40,000 bases of DNA from Lachnospiraceae bacterium. GTDB taxonomy: Bacteria; Bacillota; Clostridia; Lachnospirales; Lachnospiraceae. Positions 23,720-33,499 of this stretch are shown here, piece after piece (the first letter of the stretch is position 1; each line of letters opens with the position of its first letter). The stretch is from the NCBI GenBank assembly GCA_015057025.1, contig SVFD01000007.1, positions 94,879-134,878 of the forward strand, given 5' to 3'. Position numbers and translations under genes: made by a program. The notes below the pieces were generated by a model, which saw only the letters and a program-made list of their open reading frames with translations, was not told the DNA's origin and did no database searches.

Positions 23720-24808
23720 ATGGGAAATTTCGATTCAAAATCATTTAACCCGCAGGCATTTAAGTATTTAGTAGACAGAGTCCCCAATGTAAAGACAAAC
23801 GAGATCAAGAAATCAAAGGCCTTAATTGGTAATCAGGATATCAAAGATGTATTTGCTTCACAGAACGGTACCGAGTATGCAAAAGTTGTCATGAGAGGAA
23901 TGCTGGAAGGTGATGCTGTTAACTATGACGGCAAGACTGATATTACAGCATCCACAACGAAGACTTTTGAGCGCGGTATTGTTGTTGTAGGCCGTGCTAA
24001 AGCATGGGTAGAGAAGGACTTCGCATATGATGTTACCGGTGGAGTTGATTTTATGGATAATGTAGCAGAGCAGGTTGCAGAGTATAAGGATGGATTGGAT
24101 CAGGATACAATCCTTTCCGTTCTTAAGGGAGTATTCTCTATGACAGATACGAAAGGTCAGGAATTTGTTAGTAAGCATACCACTGATATTACTGCAGAAG
24201 ATGACGGTCTTATGAAGCCGACAACGCTTAATTCTGCTACAAATAAAGCATGTGGTGCCGGAAAGAAAAAGTTCACTTTGGTATTTATGCATTCCGACGT
24301 CGCAACAACACTGGAGAACTTACAGTTACTTGAATATTTGAAATATACTGACAAAGAAGGCTTCACCCGTGATTTAGCAATTGGTACATGGAACGGTAAA
24401 TTGGTGATTGTTGATGATGCTTTACCTACCGAGGAAGTGGCAGCAGTAGAAGGAAATGAAGAACAGGGAATTGTAGCACAGGAAGCATACACCAAGTATA
24501 CCACTTATGTATTGGGTGATGGTGCAATTGACTACGAAGATGTTGGTGTTAAAGTTCCTTATGAAATGGGCAGAAATCCGGCAAAGAATGGCGGTGAAGA
24601 TACTTTATATATGCGTCAGCGTAAAGTATTTGCGCCTAAAGGTATTTCATACGAGAAGAAGCAGCAGGCTACTTTATCTCCTACCAATGCAGAGTTGGAG
24701 AATGGAAAGAACTGGTGCCTTGTTCATTCAGGAGAATCTACAGAATCACAGCGTAGTTATATCAATCACAAGCTGATCCCGATTGCGAGAATTATTTCAA
24801 GAGGTTAA
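23720..24808 (+). CDS. Major capsid protein
   Basis: 362 aa, after the scaffold gene. Strong RBS (AAGAGG) and a strong terminator downstream. The N-terminus FNPQAFKYLVDRVP resembles SPP1-gp13-type capsids. Confidence 0.8.
   Translation: MGNFDSKSFNPQAFKYLVDRVPNVKTNEIKKSKALIGNQDIKDVFASQNGTEYAKVVMRGMLEGDAVNYDGKTDITASTTKTFERGIVVVGRAKAWVEKDFAYDVTGGVDFMDNVAEQVAEYKDGLDQDTILSVLKGVFSMTDTKGQEFVSKHTTDITAEDDGLMKPTTLNSATNKACGAGKKKFTLVFMHSDVATTLENLQLLEYLKYTDKEGFTRDLAIGTWNGKLVIVDDALPTEEVAAVEGNEEQGIVAQEAYTKYTTYVLGDGAIDYEDVGVKVPYEMGRNPAKNGGEDTLYMRQRKVFAPKGISYEKKQQATLSPTNAELENGKNWCLVHSGESTESQRSYINHKLIPIARIISRG
24291..24306. repeat. 14/16 copy of the palindrome (ATTCCGACGTCGCAAC) inside the capsid CDS
   Basis: Differs from GTTGCGACGTCGCAAC at positions 1 and 4 only. 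Confidence 0.8.
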
Positions 24809-24817
24809 GCAGATTTT

Positions 24818-24847
24818 AGGGAGTAGGCTATCCTACTCCCTATTTTT
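24818..24847 (+). terminator. Rho-independent terminator after the capsid gene
   Basis: AGGGAGTAGG / CCTACTCCCT perfect 10-bp stem, 4-nt loop, then ATTTTT. Confidence 0.8.
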
Positions 24848-24861
24848 ACAAGGTGGTAAGT

Positions 24862-25242
24862 ATGGAAAAAGAAAAAGTAATAGAACGACTAAAACAATTG
24901 GGATATGAATATGTGGAGGAAAAAGATACAAATTCATTAGAATTTACAATTTCCAAAACGGAGCAAAGTATTTTGAACGCCACTAACTGTGTAGTGTTAC
25001 CAAATGAATTGCAATATATAGCAATTGATAGGGCATGTGCTGAATTTCTTAAGTTAAAGAAGGCATTTGACCAACTTCAAGAATTTGATATGGAACAATT
25101 TGCTAAAACAGTGAGTATGGGCGATGTAAGTATTACTTTATCCTCTGAAGATTCACCTGAGCACAAGTTTGATACTATCATTGAATACATGCTTACCGGT
25201 AATGAGGAAGATATTATTAGATGCAGAAAGCTGGTGTGGTAA
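24862..25242 (+). CDS. Head-tail connector (gp6-like) protein
   Basis: Assigned by position and size. Start at MEKEKVIERLKQLGY (RBS AAGGTGG). Confidence 0.5.
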   Translation: MEKEKVIERLKQLGYEYVEEKDTNSLEFTISKTEQSILNATNCVVLPNELQYIAIDRACAEFLKLKKAFDQLQEFDMEQFAKTVSMGDVSITLSSEDSPEHKFDTIIEYMLTGNEEDIIRCRKLVW

Positions 25243-25601
25243 TGAGGAACAGAATTAGAAAAGCGATAGAGGCAATGTATGATGGTTCATGTACCGTTAC
25301 TGAAAATGTGAAAGTGAAAGATTTGGCCACGAAGCAGACTAATTTTGTACCGCAAATAACCATAAAGGACCAACCGTGTCACATATCATATAAATCTGCT
25401 TATCCGACAGGAGACGGGAATACAGCATCGTTAGCACAGGAAATTAAGCTGTTCATAGCTCCGGAAATAAAAATTAGTGCCGGTTCTAAAATAGAGGTTA
25501 CACAAAACGGTAAAACAACAGAATATACCAATTCTGGAGAACCTCAGGTATATAAATACCATCAGGAAATATCGTTGAAGTTATTCGAGAGGTGGGCATA
25601 A
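25242..25601 (+). CDS. Head closure / head-tail adaptor protein
   Basis: TAATG coupling. 119 aa. Assigned by position. Confidence 0.45.
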   Translation: MRNRIRKAIEAMYDGSCTVTENVKVKDLATKQTNFVPQITIKDQPCHISYKSAYPTGDGNTASLAQEIKLFIAPEIKISAGSKIEVTQNGKTTEYTNSGEPQVYKYHQEISLKLFERWA

Positions 25602-26104
25602 TGGCTAAGTGGGGAAAAGTTGATTATAGAGAACTCAAGAAGTTGAGAGATAATCTTGAAAAACTCCAAAAGGTCGATATGGATGCCCTATGTACAGAAA
25701 TGTCAAAAGCACTTGCCAGCAGATTATTGCGAAGAGTAAAAGAGCGAACCCCTGTAGGCGTGATACCGGAATGGATTGATGATAAAACCAAAGAAAAGTA
25801 TTGGGAAGGATATGAAGGAAGCACTTTAAAAAAAGCGTGGAAAGTGAAACCTACCGTAACCAAGCATGGTGTTGTATACGAAATTGAGATATATAATCCG
25901 ATGGAATATACTAGCTATGTAGAGTATGGTCATCGACAGGAAGTCGGGCGATTCGTACCACAGATAGGCAGAAAACTAAAGAATGGATGGACAGAAGGCA
26001 AATTTATGCTGAAGATATCGGAGCAGGAAGTGCAGTCTTTGGCTCCTAAGTTGCTGGAAAAGATGTTATATGAGAAATTGAAAGAGGTATTCGATGTCAA
26101 ATGA
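25601..26104 (+). CDS. HK97 gp10-like morphogenesis protein
   Basis: NPMEYTSYVEYGHRQ is the typical gp10-family motif. TAATG coupling. Confidence 0.55.
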   Translation: MAKWGKVDYRELKKLRDNLEKLQKVDMDALCTEMSKALASRLLRRVKERTPVGVIPEWIDDKTKEKYWEGYEGSTLKKAWKVKPTVTKHGVVYEIEIYNPMEYTSYVEYGHRQEVGRFVPQIGRKLKNGWTEGKFMLKISEQEVQSLAPKLLEKMLYEKLKEVFDVK

Positions 26105-26516
26105 GATAACGGTTGGAATTTCTGTTAAACTAAATGAATTGTTCGGAGAAGGATATGAGATATATACTGATGATGTGGAACAGGGTTTGAAGGAACCTTG
26201 TTTTTTTATTAAGTTGCTTAAAGTCCAAAATAAACCATTATTGGGAAAGCGGAAAAATAGGACATATCCGTATATTATTACCTATTTCCCGATTGGCGGA
26301 AACAAAGAGATGGAAGAAATCTCTGAAAAAATGATGGATGGGCTGGAATATATTAATCTTTCTTCCGGTGATATAGTACGTGGACATTCAATTGAAAGTG
26401 AGATTGTAGATGGTAATTTGCAAACCTCAGTTCAATATGATGTATTTCTAAACAGCGCAGAAACCACGGAAACAATGGATAACATGTTGTCAGATATCAA
26501 TTTAGAAGGAGTATAA
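26094..26516 (+). CDS. Tail completion / neck protein (assigned by position)
   Basis: 140 aa, lying between the gp10-like gene and the sheath gene. Confidence 0.4.
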   Translation: MSNEITVGISVKLNELFGEGYEIYTDDVEQGLKEPCFFIKLLKVQNKPLLGKRKNRTYPYIITYFPIGGNKEMEEISEKMMDGLEYINLSSGDIVRGHSIESEIVDGNLQTSVQYDVFLNSAETTETMDNMLSDINLEGV

Positions 26517-26526
26517 AGGTGAAGAA

Positions 26527-26715
26527 GTGAAAAAGAAAGAAGAAGTAGAACAGACTGCGAAAGTGCAGGAGAATAAAAGATATAGAGGATACCAACTTTT
26601 GAAAATGGAAAAGTATCAAACAAGAGTTGCAAAGGTAGTACTTAAGAGTGATAGGCTTTATTCGTTTGAGGAAGCGGATAAGCTTATCTCTGATTTTATG
26701 AAAAAGAAAGGATGA
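26527..26715 (+). CDS. Hypothetical small basic protein (62 aa)
   Basis: GTG start with AAAGGTGAAG upstream. Confidence 0.4.
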   Translation: MKKKEEVEQTAKVQENKRYRGYQLLKMEKYQTRVAKVVLKSDRLYSFEEADKLISDFMKKKG

Positions 26716-26722
26716 TTGAGCT

Positions 26723-28009
26723 ATGTTAGGTGGTGGAAATTATATCTCACAAAATAAGATCCTTCCGGGTGCATATATGAATTTCGTAAGTGCCTCAGGA
26801 TTAGCAGCGAATCTGGGAGCCAGAGGATATGCTGCGTTGGCCTTACCGCTTAAATGGGGCGTGGATGGTCAGATTTTCACAGTGACAGCGGATGATTTCA
26901 GAAAAAGAGCATTGCAGATTTTTGGATTCACTTACGAATCAGAAGAAGCCAAAGGATTGCGTGACCTTTTTAAAAATATTACAACTCTGTATTGTTATAA
27001 GCTTATGAATGGTGGCGCTTATGCTTCAAATGCTGTTGCAAGAGCAAAATATAAGGGTTCAACAGGAACCAAGATTTCAACGGAAATTTTAAGTGGAACG
27101 GTTGAAGGTACATATGATGTCAACATCTATATGGGTACAGTTTTGGTTTATTCAAAGACGGTAACAACTATTGAAGAATTAAAGACAGATGATAACGGCT
27201 GGGTTGAATGGACCTTAGAGATAATGGCAGCTGCAGAGAGAGCAAATCTTACCGGTATTGAGTTGGATGGAAGTCAGATAACGGCAGCAGAACATTCGGA
27301 GTTTTTAAATGCATCCCAGAAGTTTACTTTTAATGCAATGGGATGCTTATCTGAGGAAGATGCCATTAAAGACTTATATTTGCAGGAATGCAAAGATATG
27401 AGAAATGATTACGGCGTAAAGTATAAGCTGATTGTTTTTAACAAGGCAGCAGATTTTGAGGGCGTAATCAATGTAAAAAACGCTATAGAAGCAGTATATT
27501 GGACCACTGGTGTGGAAGCCGGATGTGCGGTAAATGAATCTAATACTAATAAGGTGTATGATGGAGAATTTGATTTCCCGACATCATATACTAAGGCAGA
27601 ATTGGAAGCTGCAATTATGGCAGGTGAGTTTGTATTCCATCAGGTAGGCGATGAGGTAAGAGTTCTTGAGGATATCAATTCCTTAGTAACACTTACAGCT
27701 GAAAAGAATGAGGAATTTAAGTCTAATCAGACAATCAGAGTAATTGATCAGATTGCTATGGATATTGCAAAGATATTTAATGATAAATATCTCGGAAAGA
27801 TTCCGAATAATGCATCAGGAAGAATTTCATTATGGAATGATATCGTAAAGCATCATCAGGAGCTGCAGTCAATTAGAGCTATTGAAAATTTTGTTCCGGC
27901 AAATGTTTCAGTAGAATTAGGTGAAAACAAGAAATCGGTAGTGGTTTCAGACGTTATTACGGTAGTAAATGCAATGTCTCAGTTATACATGAGTGTTGTG
28001 GTTCAGTAA
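26723..28009 (+). CDS. Contractile tail sheath protein (XkdK-like)
   Basis: 428 aa, directly upstream of the XkdM-like tube gene. Confidence 0.8.
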   Translation: MLGGGNYISQNKILPGAYMNFVSASGLAANLGARGYAALALPLKWGVDGQIFTVTADDFRKRALQIFGFTYESEEAKGLRDLFKNITTLYCYKLMNGGAYASNAVARAKYKGSTGTKISTEILSGTVEGTYDVNIYMGTVLVYSKTVTTIEELKTDDNGWVEWTLEIMAAAERANLTGIELDGSQITAAEHSEFLNASQKFTFNAMGCLSEEDAIKDLYLQECKDMRNDYGVKYKLIVFNKAADFEGVINVKNAIEAVYWTTGVEAGCAVNESNTNKVYDGEFDFPTSYTKAELEAAIMAGEFVFHQVGDEVRVLEDINSLVTLTAEKNEEFKSNQTIRVIDQIAMDIAKIFNDKYLGKIPNNASGRISLWNDIVKHHQELQSIRAIENFVPANVSVELGENKKSVVVSDVITVVNAMSQLYMSVVVQ

Positions 28010-28026
28010 GAAGGAGGTAGGCTTAA

Positions 28027-28497
28027 ATGGAAAATAATACCATGAATGCAAAAGATGCGATTAGTGCGTCTTTAGCTGAATGCTTTGTTACCATGAAAGG
28101 TACAAGATATAATTTGATGCAGGCAATTAATCTTGAAGCAAAATTTAATAAAAAGAAGTCGGAAATTCCTATTCTTGGTCGTACTGGCAAGGGCAACAAG
28201 TCGTCCGGATGGAGTGGTACCGGTTCGGCAAAGTTCCACTACAACACCAGTATATTTAGAGAACTGATGCTCAACTACAAGGAAACCGGAGAAGATGTAT
28301 ATTTTGATATCCAGGTTACGAACGAAGATCCGACCTCTGCTGTTGGCAGACAAACAATCATCTTAAAAGATTGTAATATTGATGGAGCTGTCTTAGCTAA
28401 ATTTGATGCAGACGCAGAGTTTTTGGATGAAGACATGGATTTTACTTTTGAAGATTTTGAAATGCCGGAAAAATTTTCGTTATTAAGCGGCATGTAA
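28027..28497 (+). CDS. Tail tube protein (XkdM-like)
   Basis: CFVTMKGTRYNLMQAINLEAKF...WSGTGSAKFHYNTSIFREL resembles the XkdM family. Position is after the sheath gene. Confidence 0.75.
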   Translation: MENNTMNAKDAISASLAECFVTMKGTRYNLMQAINLEAKFNKKKSEIPILGRTGKGNKSSGWSGTGSAKFHYNTSIFRELMLNYKETGEDVYFDIQVTNEDPTSAVGRQTIILKDCNIDGAVLAKFDADAEFLDEDMDFTFEDFEMPEKFSLLSGM

Positions 28498-28597
28498 CTA
28501 CACATAGGGAGAATAGGGAAACGTACCCGAACGGTGTAATCCTCCGACACCTTTCTCCCTTAATTACGGGGGAAGTATAAAGCGGAGGAATATTATC

Positions 28598-29020
28598 ATG
28601 CAGAATTTAACTTGCTTTTTGGCAAACAATGTAGAAAAGAGAACAAATAAGAAAGTAGTAATTAGTGAGAGAATTAAAAATAACGGAAAGCCTGTAGAGT
28701 GGGAAATTCGTTCTATCAGTGCAGAAGAAGATGAAGTATTGAGAAAGTCTTGTACCAAGAAGGTACCTGTAACCGGAAAGAAGAATCAGTTTACACAGGA
28801 TTTTGATTCTAACGCATATTTGGTTAAACTAGCTGCTAAAGCAGTTGTTTATCCTGACTTAAACAATGCAGAGTTACAGAACTCATACGGCGTGATGGGT
28901 GCAGAACAGTTGATAAAAGTAATGTTATATAAAGACGAATTTGACCGTCTTACCGAATTACTTGTGAACAGTTCAGAAGCCGAAGATATCAACGAGCTGA
29001 TTGAAGAAGCAAAAAACTAA
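28598..29020 (+). CDS. Tail assembly chaperone (XkdN-like), short form
   Basis: Lies between the tube and tape-measure genes. Ends on the slippery run A AAA AAC TAA. Confidence 0.7.
   Translation: MQNLTCFLANNVEKRTNKKVVISERIKNNGKPVEWEIRSISAEEDEVLRKSCTKKVPVTGKKNQFTQDFDSNAYLVKLAAKAVVYPDLNNAELQNSYGVMGAEQLIKVMLYKDEFDRLTELLVNSSEAEDINELIEEAKN
29011..29017 (+). promoter_or_regulatory. Programmed -1 ribosomal frameshift slippery heptamer A AAA AAC
   Basis: The X XXY YYZ pattern sits in the zero frame at the last two sense codons. The -1 frame stays open for 63 further codons, ending 8 nt before the TMP start. Confidence 0.7.
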
Positions 29021-29208
29021 TTAATGAAGGCGATGGAGAGAGTAATTATGCGTACTATTGTCTTCATAAATTTCATTGGAAACCGTCTGAATTTGTGAGT
29101 ATGCCGAAGCGTGAACAAGCTTTTGTATGTGCCGCAATTCAGACTAAGATAGAGCAGGAAAAGAAAGAAAGAAGAAGTATTAAGAAAACGGGCAGGAGAG
29201 GAAAGTAG
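29017..29208 (+). CDS. -1 frame extension of the tail assembly chaperone (long form)
   Basis: Translation: LINEGDGESNYAYYCLHKFHWKPSEFVSMPKREQAFVCAAIQTKIEQEKKERRSIKKTGRRGK. There is no independent start or RBS. This is the conserved G/GT-type arrangement. Confidence 0.65.
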   Translation, partial: LINEGDGESNYAYYCLHKFHWKPSEFVSMPKREQAFVCAAIQTKIEQEKKERRSIKKTGRRGK

Positions 29209-29216
29209 GTGTTATT

Positions 29217-31370
29217 ATGTCAGGAATAAATTCAGTAATAAAAATAACCGATGGAATGTCTCCAGCCCTTAGGAGCATGAATAAGGCGTTAAATATAGTG
29301 CTTAATAATTTTGAAAAACTGCAGTCAGTTAGTGGTAATTCTATTGATACAGCGGAAATTCAGAATGCGAGAGAAGAATTAACCAATGCATCTGTTGCAA
29401 TTATCAAAATGGAAGAAGAGATAAAAAGCGCCGGAGAGCAACAGGAAAGATTAACAAATAAGATAGAGAAGAGCAGTGATGTAATGGGCGGCCTGGTCAA
29501 AAAGGCCGCTGCCCTGGTGGGAACATATGCATCTATGCAAACGCTTGATAAGTTGGTTAATTTATCAGACCAGAACACACAGACAGAGGCTCGCTTAAAG
29601 CTGGTAGTAGACACGGATGCAAATGAAACTTTGGAATCACTTACACAGGATATCTTTGCATCGGCGAATCGGTCCCGTGCTTTATATGCGGATAGCGCGG
29701 ATATTGTAGCATCATTAGCACAACGTGCTGGAGATGCTTTTAATGGTAATGATGAAGTAATTACTTTTACAGAAACACTTAATAAGATGTATGTGATTGC
29801 AGGAGCATCGGCAGAAGAGCAGAAATCCTCCATGCAACAGCTTACGCAGGCTCTTGGATCCGGAGTTTTGCGAGGAGAGGAATTTAATGCCGTATTTGAA
29901 GCAGCGCCTAACATAATGCAGGAAGTAGCGGATTACATGGGCATTCCGATTGGAGAATTGCGAAATATGGCAGCAGAAGGGCTGATTACTGCGGAAGTTG
30001 TTAAAAGTGCAATAATTGGAGCTGCAGAAAGTGTTAATGACACATTTAACTCAATGCCTATGACTTGGAAACAGGTCATGAATAAAGTTAAAAACTATGG
30101 TTTAAAAGCGTTGAATCCGGTACTAAGTAAAATCAACGAAGTGGCAAACAATGAAAAAGTGCAGACGTTTGCTGTGGAGGCGGTTGTTGCGATGGGTAAC
30201 GCTTCCATGGTGATGTTAGATATATTTAATATAATGGCTACTATAGCCACCTTTGCATATGAAAACTGGTCATGGATATCACCAATTATCGGAACGGCAG
30301 GTGCTGCGCTTGCAACATATTATGGTATAGTATTGGCGTTAAAAACCGCGGAACTTCTGGGAGCAGGTGCAAAATTGGCAATGGCAGTAGCGAGTCATGC
30401 GGTAGCAGGTGCTATGGGAACACAAGTAAGTGCGACGGCGGCAGCAATGGTAGCACAATATGGATTTAATTCAGCTATATTAGCAAGTCCTTTGCTTTGG
30501 CTTCTTGTTACTGTGATTGCTATTATAGGAGCAATGAGCATACTGGCAAACGTAATTACAACAACTTCAGGCGTATTTATAAGCGGTTGGGGATTGATAT
30601 TGGCAACTATTTATACTGCAGGCGCCCTAATATGGAATGTGGTTGTCGGATTGTATAATTTGATAACCGATTTAATAGTATCGTTATTAAATGTCTTGAT
30701 TGGAACAGCTGAATATTTTGCCAATATATGGACAGATCCATTAGGTACTATTGCACGTGTATGGGTCGATTGGGCCAATTTAATTCTGGGAATCATTAAA
30801 AGTATAGCGAATGCAATTGATGCTATTTTTGGTTCCGAGTTAGCATCTTCTGTACAGGGGTGGATGGATTCGCTAGATAGTATAGTTACTGAAAAGTTTG
30901 GTGATGGTATGTTTCAATTTGAACGATTCGCCGGTGAAGATACCTATTTGCAAAGAATAAAGTATGAAGATACGACTGCTTACGGAATCGATTCGGGAAA
31001 TACTATTTCAGACTGGATCGGAGATAAATTTAATCTGTTTGGTGGTATGGATGATATATATGGTAATCTCGGATTGGATGGACTGCTTGACAATACATAT
31101 ACAGGTACAGAAACAGACTCATATTTATCTAATATTGCGGACAATACGGGTGCTATGGCAGATAGTATGGAAGTGACGGATGAAGACCTGAAGTATTTAA
31201 GAGATCTTGCAGAACAGGAGGCAGTAAACCGTTTTACTACCGCTGAAATCAAAATTGATATGCAGAATCATAATTCTATCAGTTCAGATGTGGATATTGA
31301 TGGTATTGTAACACAACTTGAAGACAGACTCTATGAGAGTATGGAAATTGCGGCGGAAGGAGTACATTAA
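29217..31370 (+). CDS. Tape measure protein
   Basis: 717 aa. Coiled-coil N-terminal part and a long hydrophobic Gly/Ala-rich middle. Position is after the TAC. Confidence 0.85.
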   Translation: MSGINSVIKITDGMSPALRSMNKALNIVLNNFEKLQSVSGNSIDTAEIQNAREELTNASVAIIKMEEEIKSAGEQQERLTNKIEKSSDVMGGLVKKAAALVGTYASMQTLDKLVNLSDQNTQTEARLKLVVDTDANETLESLTQDIFASANRSRALYADSADIVASLAQRAGDAFNGNDEVITFTETLNKMYVIAGASAEEQKSSMQQLTQALGSGVLRGEEFNAVFEAAPNIMQEVADYMGIPIGELRNMAAEGLITAEVVKSAIIGAAESVNDTFNSMPMTWKQVMNKVKNYGLKALNPVLSKINEVANNEKVQTFAVEAVVAMGNASMVMLDIFNIMATIATFAYENWSWISPIIGTAGAALATYYGIVLALKTAELLGAGAKLAMAVASHAVAGAMGTQVSATAAAMVAQYGFNSAILASPLLWLLVTVIAIIGAMSILANVITTTSGVFISGWGLILATIYTAGALIWNVVVGLYNLITDLIVSLLNVLIGTAEYFANIWTDPLGTIARVWVDWANLILGIIKSIANAIDAIFGSELASSVQGWMDSLDSIVTEKFGDGMFQFERFAGEDTYLQRIKYEDTTAYGIDSGNTISDWIGDKFNLFGGMDDIYGNLGLDGLLDNTYTGTETDSYLSNIADNTGAMADSMEVTDEDLKYLRDLAEQEAVNRFTTAEIKIDMQNHNSISSDVDIDGIVTQLEDRLYESMEIAAEGVH

Positions 31371-31372
31371 AA

Positions 31373-32074
31373 ATGGCATATGATATTTATATGGATAAGG
31401 TGCTTCTTCCCGTTGCACCCTCTGAAATTAAAACGAAAATCAAGAATAAGAATAAAACAATTGAGCTAATCAATGAAGGGGAAGTAAATATGTTAAAGAG
31501 TGCCGGATTAACGGAACTCTCTTTTTCTCTATTACTTCCAAATCAAAAATATCCTTTTGCGCGATATACAGAAGGATTTCAAAACGCAGCATATTATCTT
31601 AAGATTTTTGAAGAGTATAAAACAAATAAAAAACCGTTTCAGTTTATTATTGCGAGAATGCTTCCTACGGGAAGCGTTCTTTTTTATACAAATATAAAGG
31701 TGTCTCTTGAAGATTATAATATTGAGGATAGTGCAAACGAAGGCTTCGATATCAAGGTCACCTTAAATCTTAAACAATATAAGGAGTATGGCACGAAAAC
31801 AGCTAACGTATCGGCATATATAAGGCCTAAAGTAATGACTGGTACTATAAGAAACAATGGCGCCGGTGCAAATACGTCCGGAACGTCGTACAAAATAGTG
31901 GGTGGAGATACTCTTTATAATATTGCAAAAAAGAAAAAAGGTGACGGTTCCTTCTGGCCAACGATATACAATGCCAATAAAACAGTAATCGAAAACGCTG
32001 CAAAAGCTCACGGAAGAGCATCCAGCAGTAACGGGCATTGGATATATCCGGGAACTGTTATTATTATACCCTAG
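31373..32074 (+). CDS. LysM-domain tail protein (XkdP-like)
   Basis: C-terminal YKIVGGDTLYNIAKKKKGDGSFWPTIYNANK...IYPGTVIIIP is a LysM motif. Confidence 0.7.
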   Translation: MAYDIYMDKVLLPVAPSEIKTKIKNKNKTIELINEGEVNMLKSAGLTELSFSLLLPNQKYPFARYTEGFQNAAYYLKIFEEYKTNKKPFQFIIARMLPTGSVLFYTNIKVSLEDYNIEDSANEGFDIKVTLNLKQYKEYGTKTANVSAYIRPKVMTGTIRNNGAGANTSGTSYKIVGGDTLYNIAKKKKGDGSFWPTIYNANKTVIENAAKAHGRASSSNGHWIYPGTVIIIP

Positions 32075-32082
32075 GAGAGAGT

Positions 32083-33042
32083 ATGGGAATAGATTTATGG
32101 ATTCTGAACGAATCAAAAGCATATCAACCACCGGTAGTAGGCGGTATAACTTGGGAAACCAGTAGAAAAGGTGAACCGGGTGTTTTGAAATTTACATGTC
32201 TGCAGGATGATATTTTGGATATTACAGAAGGAAATCCAGTTAAACTGCAGAAAGATGGGAAAAATGTATTTTTCGGCTTTATCTTTGGGATGTGCCGCAG
32301 TAAAGATAAAAAAATACAGGTTACTGCGTATGATCAGTTGAGATATTTCAAAAATAAGGATTCTTATATTTATAAAAATAAAAGAGCTGACCAGTTAATT
32401 GAAATGATAGCCGGTGATTTTGGTTTGCGTGTGGGTAAATTGGCAAATACCGGTTATGTAATTCCGGCAAGATGTGAGGACAATAAAACGTTGTTTGATA
32501 TATCACAAAATGCACTGGACGAAACATTGAAAAATACAACCAGATTGTATGTATTGTATGATGATTTTGGAGCTTTATCACTTGAAGATACTGAAAATAT
32601 GCTGTTAGATTTGTTGATTGATGAAGAGACGGGAGAAAATTTCACATATAGTTCAAGCATCAATGACCAGACATATAATCAGGTTAAACTAATTTATGAT
32701 AATGAGGAAACTGCACGACGTGAAGTATACATCAGCAGGGATTCTTCCAATATCAATAAATGGGGTGTGTTACAGTTTTTTGAAAAACTGGATAATCCTC
32801 AGGGGGCATCTGCAAAAGCAGATGCTCTTTTAAAGTTATATAACGCAAAAACGAGAAATTTAAAGATAACGAAGGCGTTTGGAGATGTAAGAGTACGTGC
32901 CGGATGTTCAGTTGTTGTTTTTCTTAATCTCGGAGATATAAAGGTTGAAAATTATATGTTAGTGGAAAATGTAAAACATACTTTTGAAAAAGATTCACAT
33001 TTTATGGATCTAACATTGAGAGGAGGCGAGTTTATTGCCTAA
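32083..33042 (+). CDS. XkdQ-like baseplate hub / late-control-D-like protein
   Basis: Start at MGIDLWIL (RBS AGGAGAG). Assigned by position and the VGGITWETSRKGEPGVLKFT pattern. Confidence 0.6.
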   Translation: MGIDLWILNESKAYQPPVVGGITWETSRKGEPGVLKFTCLQDDILDITEGNPVKLQKDGKNVFFGFIFGMCRSKDKKIQVTAYDQLRYFKNKDSYIYKNKRADQLIEMIAGDFGLRVGKLANTGYVIPARCEDNKTLFDISQNALDETLKNTTRLYVLYDDFGALSLEDTENMLLDLLIDEETGENFTYSSSINDQTYNQVKLIYDNEETARREVYISRDSSNINKWGVLQFFEKLDNPQGASAKADALLKLYNAKTRNLKITKAFGDVRVRAGCSVVVFLNLGDIKVENYMLVENVKHTFEKDSHFMDLTLRGGEFIA

Positions 33043-33499
33043 ATTGGACCAAATTATTAAGCAAATGGCCCTTGAGGCGGTAATTGCATCGGCTCCGACC
33101 AGTGTGGTGTTTGGTACCGTTGTATCAGTATCTCCAATACAAATCCGAATTGACCAGAAGATAACTCTTACAAGTGAATTTTTGGTGCTTGCCAGAAATG
33201 TTACGAACTATAAAACTACAATAAAGATGGATGGGGAAACAGAGACAGATAATGCATCACATACGCACAAAATAAAATGTAATACAGAGGATGGTGGCAC
33301 AGATACGCATAATCATACTTTAAATGGTTATACCGAAGATGCTGAAGCCGAGCACTCACATAAAATATCAGGAGAAATGAACGTTACAATTAATAACGGA
33401 CTATCTGTAAGCGATGAAGTTATATTGCTTCGTGTTCAAGGTGGTCAGAAATATGTAGTATTGGATAAGGTGGGTAAAAAAGATGATTCCAATGATTAA
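33035..33499 (+). CDS. XkdR-like (DUF2577-like) spike/plug protein with three HxH motifs
   Basis: TTG start after GAGGAGG. HTH, HNH and HSH triplets lie at 33260-33364. Confidence 0.5.
   Translation: MPKLDQIIKQMALEAVIASAPTSVVFGTVVSVSPIQIRIDQKITLTSEFLVLARNVTNYKTTIKMDGETETDNASHTHKIKCNTEDGGTDTHNHTLNGYTEDAEAEHSHKISGEMNVTINNGLSVSDEVILLRVQGGQKYVVLDKVGKKDDSND

Noticed and set aside
28498-28597. 100-nt gap between the tube and chaperone genes with distant GGGAGAA/TTCTCCC complementarity, considered as a regulatory RNA
   Set aside because: The arms are separated by ~40 nt and no T-run follows. Support is too weak to call a terminator or riboregulator by eye.
29360-29914. 184 aa minus-strand ORF inside the tape measure gene
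   Set aside because: It is a shadow ORF opposite a long, well-supported CDS. It is Ser/Ala-rich, typical of an antisense frame, and has no RBS.
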